Source: Coniocarpon cinnabarinum (taxonomy: Eukaryota). From it: 36,895 bases of DNA. The position numbers and the translations under genes are program-made. Numbering within the stretch: the stretch's first letter is position 1; each line of letters begins with the position of its first letter. Positions 33,085 through 36,895 of this stretch are shown here, in pieces. The notes beneath the pieces were generated by a model. The model saw only the letters and a list, made by a program, of their open reading frames with translations. It was not told the DNA's origin and made no database searches. The DNA lies in the NCBI GenBank assembly GCA_051942205.1, contig JAVECO010000082.1, positions 62,001-98,895 of the forward strand. Reading direction: 5' to 3'.

Positions 33085-35703
33085 CTATTGACCCATGCCC
33101 GCAGCTGCCCACTGCGCCGGATCCATAGGATTGTTCACACCACCGCCGCCGCCATTATCCCTCTGCTGCTCTTGTGCAGAGGCAGGCCCGTCACGTCCCT
33201 CGTGCTGCCGCCGTTGCTGTCCATCACTGTCATCACCACCGCCCTGCTGTCTCTGTCTCACAAGCTGCCGATACCAAACGAGCACTGCCAAGCCGCCGGC
33301 CAGCAACGCAAACATCAATGCCTCAAAGAACTGATCGCTAATGAGGTCGTCATAGAGCCCCTCGTCACCGATCGCTTCTGTAGCATCCCATTCGTCGACG
33401 CCTGCGTCTTCACCGTTGATCCTGGCTTCCTCTTGAGCCACCTCCTCTTCAAGGGCGCCCAGCTCCGCGATCAAGAACTCGGTGAGCCATTCGGAAAGAC
33501 TCCGCTTTGGCTTCTCCGTCTCCGGGTCACTGATGCCCTTGGCTTTCCCGCCGGAGACGCCGTTCCACCAGCTGCGTATTCTGAGCTTGAACAAGGCAAT
33601 CGTAACGGGTAAATATGCTTCGGCATTGGTTTCTAGGCTGTGGTCATAGTATCGCTTGGCAAGGTGAAAGTCCTGAGCCATGCTACCCAGACCATTTTCG
33701 TGCATCCAGCCCAGATTCCAGTATGCCTGTGCGGACATCTGAGTCTCTGCGGCTGCCGAGTAGCAAGCTGCGGCCTTTTCTGGCTCGGGATTGAACGAGG
33801 AAGCTGAAAGGATTTCTTGAGGGCTGGCGTGGGGGGTTGAGGACGATGAAGTGGCTGAGCCGAGGCCACTGATATAGTAGTCGCCCATCTTGACAAGCGA
33901 GTCGATATTTGCTTGCTTGGCCGACCGCGTCCAGTAAGTTAATGCTTGTGCAGCGTCGGATAATCTTGCTGCTGAGTATTGGAAGACTGATGGGAACAAA
34001 GCATGAAATGGCGTCAGATACGATCGGGACTGATTGTCAAGAATCCAAGCTACATTCGCTTGGGCAGCTTCATAGCCCTGTTCCGCGGCTTGCATGTAGA
34101 GCACAAGAGCCCCGTCGATGTCTCCAGAATTGTAGAAAGCGTTGGCCTCTCCAAAATTTGAATGTAGGGCCTCAGTCCTCTCCGCAACATTCTTGTAGTA
34201 ATGTGCGGCAACGTTGCACGAGCGATCTCTACCCAATCCTTGATTTGAGAGCTCTGCCAGGTAGTACAAAGCTTCAATGTTGTTATGGCGTGAAGCAACC
34301 TCAAAATACCGCATTGCTGCTGTCACGTCGCCCTGGTCCATCATCAGAGCACCTAGCCGCACCTGAGCAAGAGGATGATCATGTTCTGCTGCAGCGCCAA
34401 AGTACTCAGATGCTTTGACAGCATCGACTTCCATACCAAGGCCATGTAAATGCATAAGGCCCATAGAGTAATGACACAGCTGATCGCCATTGTCAATACC
34501 TCTCCTGAACCAGACTCGCGCTTTGGAATAGTTCTGTTCCATGCCTTCGCCACGCAGAAACATGTTACCAAGATACGCGGCAGCTTTCGATGCCAATTTC
34601 TCCAATTCACGATCCGTGTCAGGTTTTATCTTGCCGTCTCTGGACCAGTACCGGCGAGCGATATCCAGAAAGATGTCTTTGGCTGCGCTGAGATCCGGCT
34701 TGAGCACTCTCGAGCCATCGTAATAGTATTGACCGAGCCTGAACTTGGCCCTTAGATCACCTTTGCGCGCCATGATATCCAAGTACTCCAGGTAGTTGTC
34801 CAAGTTCTGATCAGAGTCCGCAGCCATGCTATGTCTCGCATTTATGCCTGCACTTGAGAAGCTCGCGCCGTCACCGTATACGCCACCTTCGTCGTCTGCC
34901 ACGCGATACGACTCCTTCACGAGCTTCCTCCCACCAGGCGGGCCACTCCTATAGTATTCAATGGCCTTATCCGCAACCTGCTTGTAATACTGGACCGATT
35001 TTTCGCAATCGATGGGGGTGGCAATTCCAGCATGGTGTCGATATGCTGTCGTCATTTGAGCTTTGGTGTCCCCGGCATCTGCAGCAAAGGTGTGGTACAG
35101 CAAAGCTCTTGCTTGATCTTGGGGAAGGACATTGCCAACTCCAGTCGCGTGCATGAAACCGAGCATATGCTGGGCGGTGGCATTGCCTTCTCTTTCTGCA
35201 AGCGTTTTGTAGTTTTCGTAAGCCAGTGTGTGGTTACGCGGGAAGTCGTACCGGCCATAGAAGGCTGTCTCCGCCAAGGCAAAAGTCGCATCCACGTTGC
35301 CTTGCTCAGCAGCGGCAATCAGAAGACCTGTCGCTTCGAATACCAGAGGATTCACTGGCTTTCTGACGGTATACTTGGGTCCGCTCAGAAACAGAAGTGC
35401 AAAAGCTTTCTTGACGTAATACCAAATGAGGCCGAACGTGCCATTGCTCTTGGAGATGTGAAGCGCCTGTAAGGGCTTGGGCCGTATCGTATCGAAGATG
35501 GCTTGAGCATCCTCGTACTGCTTCTGACCAGGCGGCAAATGGCTTGATGGCTGCTCATCTGGATTCAAGACCTGCTGTGCTTCATTCTCGCCAACGGCCG
35601 AGACGTCCTTGTTGGATCTGCCCCATGCTGCGCGAGCTGAGTGACTGGAAAAGAAGATGAGAAGCAGAGCGAGCGACCATAGCCGCCTCAAAGCTCGTGT
35701 CAT
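33085..35703 (-). CDS. HRD3: ERAD component Hrd3/SEL1L (Sel1 repeats), 872 aa, apparently intronless
   Basis: Signal peptide from MTRALRRLWSLALLLIFFSSHSARA, many Sel1 repeats (GNATAQHMLGFMHATG, AQANVAWILD, VKMGDYY, SAQAYWNLGWMHENG, DFHLAKRYYD) and a C-terminal TM helix. Confidence 0.94.
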   Translation of the reverse strand: MTRALRRLWSLALLLIFFSSHSARAAWGRSNKDVSAVGENEAQQVLNPDEQPSSHLPPGQKQYEDAQAIFDTIRPKPLQALHISKSNGTFGLIWYYVKKAFALLFLSGPKYTVRKPVNPLVFEATGLLIAAAEQGNVDATFALAETAFYGRYDFPRNHTLAYENYKTLAEREGNATAQHMLGFMHATGVGNVLPQDQARALLYHTFAADAGDTKAQMTTAYRHHAGIATPIDCEKSVQYYKQVADKAIEYYRSGPPGGRKLVKESYRVADDEGGVYGDGASFSSAGINARHSMAADSDQNLDNYLEYLDIMARKGDLRAKFRLGQYYYDGSRVLKPDLSAAKDIFLDIARRYWSRDGKIKPDTDRELEKLASKAAAYLGNMFLRGEGMEQNYSKARVWFRRGIDNGDQLCHYSMGLMHLHGLGMEVDAVKASEYFGAAAEHDHPLAQVRLGALMMDQGDVTAAMRYFEVASRHNNIEALYYLAELSNQGLGRDRSCNVAAHYYKNVAERTEALHSNFGEANAFYNSGDIDGALVLYMQAAEQGYEAAQANVAWILDNQSRSYLTPFHALFPSVFQYSAARLSDAAQALTYWTRSAKQANIDSLVKMGDYYISGLGSATSSSSTPHASPQEILSASSFNPEPEKAAACYSAAAETQMSAQAYWNLGWMHENGLGSMAQDFHLAKRYYDHSLETNAEAYLPVTIALFKLRIRSWWNGVSGGKAKGISDPETEKPKRSLSEWLTEFLIAELGALEEEVAQEEARINGEDAGVDEWDATEAIGDEGLYDDLISDQFFEALMFALLAGGLAVLVWYRQLVRQRQQGGGDDSDGQQRRQHEGRDGPASAQEQQRDNGGGGGVNNPMDPAQWAAAGMGQ

Positions 35704-35882
35704 AATGTTTTGCTTTCGATGGTCATCGAAAGCATCGTTCTTGAGCGACGAGACGCCTCGAAAGTGGCATCTTTGGTAACCTTCCAGGTACATATCAAAA
35801 GCACGGACCATCGGGTGAGATGGAACGCTGCTTTCATGTGACGAAAGCCAAATAGAGAGCTCAAGGTTCCAGCTCGACCTTG

Positions 35883-36895
35883 ATGTCTGATACTGAAGAC
35901 GGCGAAATAGACGCTGCATCCAAATATGAGCAGGCTGCCCCATCACAGAGTACTTCTGACTTCAGATCTCGCCTCCGCAGCTTCAGATTTGACAGCAATT
36001 CCCCCAATGGCCCCCCTGTCGCACCCTCCGCATCTCCGCGCAAGAGACCTGCCTCCCTGAGCTCACCTGATACTCATTCTACTACCAACAAGCCTCGCCG
36101 CATAAGAGCCAATGATACCAACCATGGCCTCTCTCAGACCCAACCGCACAACGAGTCAACCCATGCCATGGACACGACCACCGATTCTCCGGCTTCAGCA
36201 AAGGCTCGCCGCAGAAAAGCCAACTACACAGATCACAACCTCTCCAGCACCAATCCCAACAACGCCATCACTCAAGCCTCTCAAACAACCTCTTTTGACC
36301 GCCGCATTCCCCCTCCAAACCCAGCCGTAACCACTTCGCCTTCAAATTCCAACCGCACTAAATCCGCCGGCTACGCCCCACCCTCCAAATACGCCCACCT
36401 CCCGCATTTGACTGACGTCCTTGCGCCCAATTTGCTTATTCTCTTCGTTGGTCTCAATCCCGGTATCACCACCGCCACCGAAGGTAAATCTTCCACCTTC
36501 ATTTTCCTCGAGATCCTCTCCTTCTCCCCACATCCTCCGCTTCCCTCAATCCTCGCTTCGATTGCATCCAGCACTGACAGAAAGTAGGACATGCATACGC
36601 ACACCCCTCCAACCACTTCTGGCGCCTCCTCGCCGCAACATCCATAACACCAACGCGCTATCCGCCCCATTTCGACGTCAAAATGCCGAACCTGGCAAGC
36701 TGCGGCTTCACGAACATTGTGTCCAGGCCAACAGCGACACAAGCGCAGTTATCCCGCGCGGAGATGGTAGCGGGGACACCGTTCTTAGAAGATAAGATAC
36801 GAAAGTGGAAGCCAGAGGTGGTGTGTATTGTGGGCAAGGGCATCTGGGAGGCGATATGTGAATATCGGACCGGGAAGAAGGCGGGTGGGTTGGGA
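35883..36895 (+). CDS. G/T-U mismatch-specific DNA glycosylase (TDG/MUG family, Thp1-like), 3'-truncated; exons 35883-36483, 36588->36895
   Basis: GYAPPSKYAHLPHLTDVLAPNLLILFVGLNPGITTATE|GHAYAHPSNHFWRLL...GFTNIVSRPT...LSRAEM...KPEVVCIVGKGIWE. Intron 36484-36587 (GTAAAT..ACTGAC..TAG). Confidence 0.93.

Noticed and set aside
35704..35946. 81-aa N-terminal extension of the HRD3 ORF overlapping TDG
   Set aside because: The signal peptide starts at ATG 35703. The extension is an open-frame run through the promoter.
1..36895. CRISPR arrays, tRNA/rRNA genes, prokaryotic systems
   Set aside because: The sequence is an intron-containing fungal locus. I saw no repeat-spacer array or structured RNA gene signature.

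Overview
Gene-dense eukaryotic window from a filamentous ascomycete (Pezizomycotina-type short GT-AG introns with CTRAC branch sites). I rebuilt 17 protein-coding genes, most of them spliced. In order: DUS3 (5'-truncated), a BAP31/YET-family gene, a Nam8/Ngr1-like 3-RRM protein, NHP2, VPS23, a copper-fist (Mac1/GRISEA-like) transcription factor, EFM7/NNT1, BMT6, PMP3, an uncharacterised single-pass membrane protein, an MFS transporter, RTC3 (largely absent from the ORF track), an amino-acid permease, CLR2, HRD3/SEL1L and a TDG/MUG glycosylase (3'-truncated). I found no tRNA, rRNA, transposon or CRISPR signal. The best finding is a nested spliceosomal twin intron (stwintron, [D1,2] with an alternative [A2,3] route) at 846-960 of DUS3, which is needed to restore the reading frame next to the catalytic NCGCP motif. 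A second, more speculative stwintron-like junction in the 5' leader of the Nam8-like gene could skip a uORF-bearing exon. An out-of-frame ORF beginning MTPCSCEC overlaps the start of the copper-fist factor.
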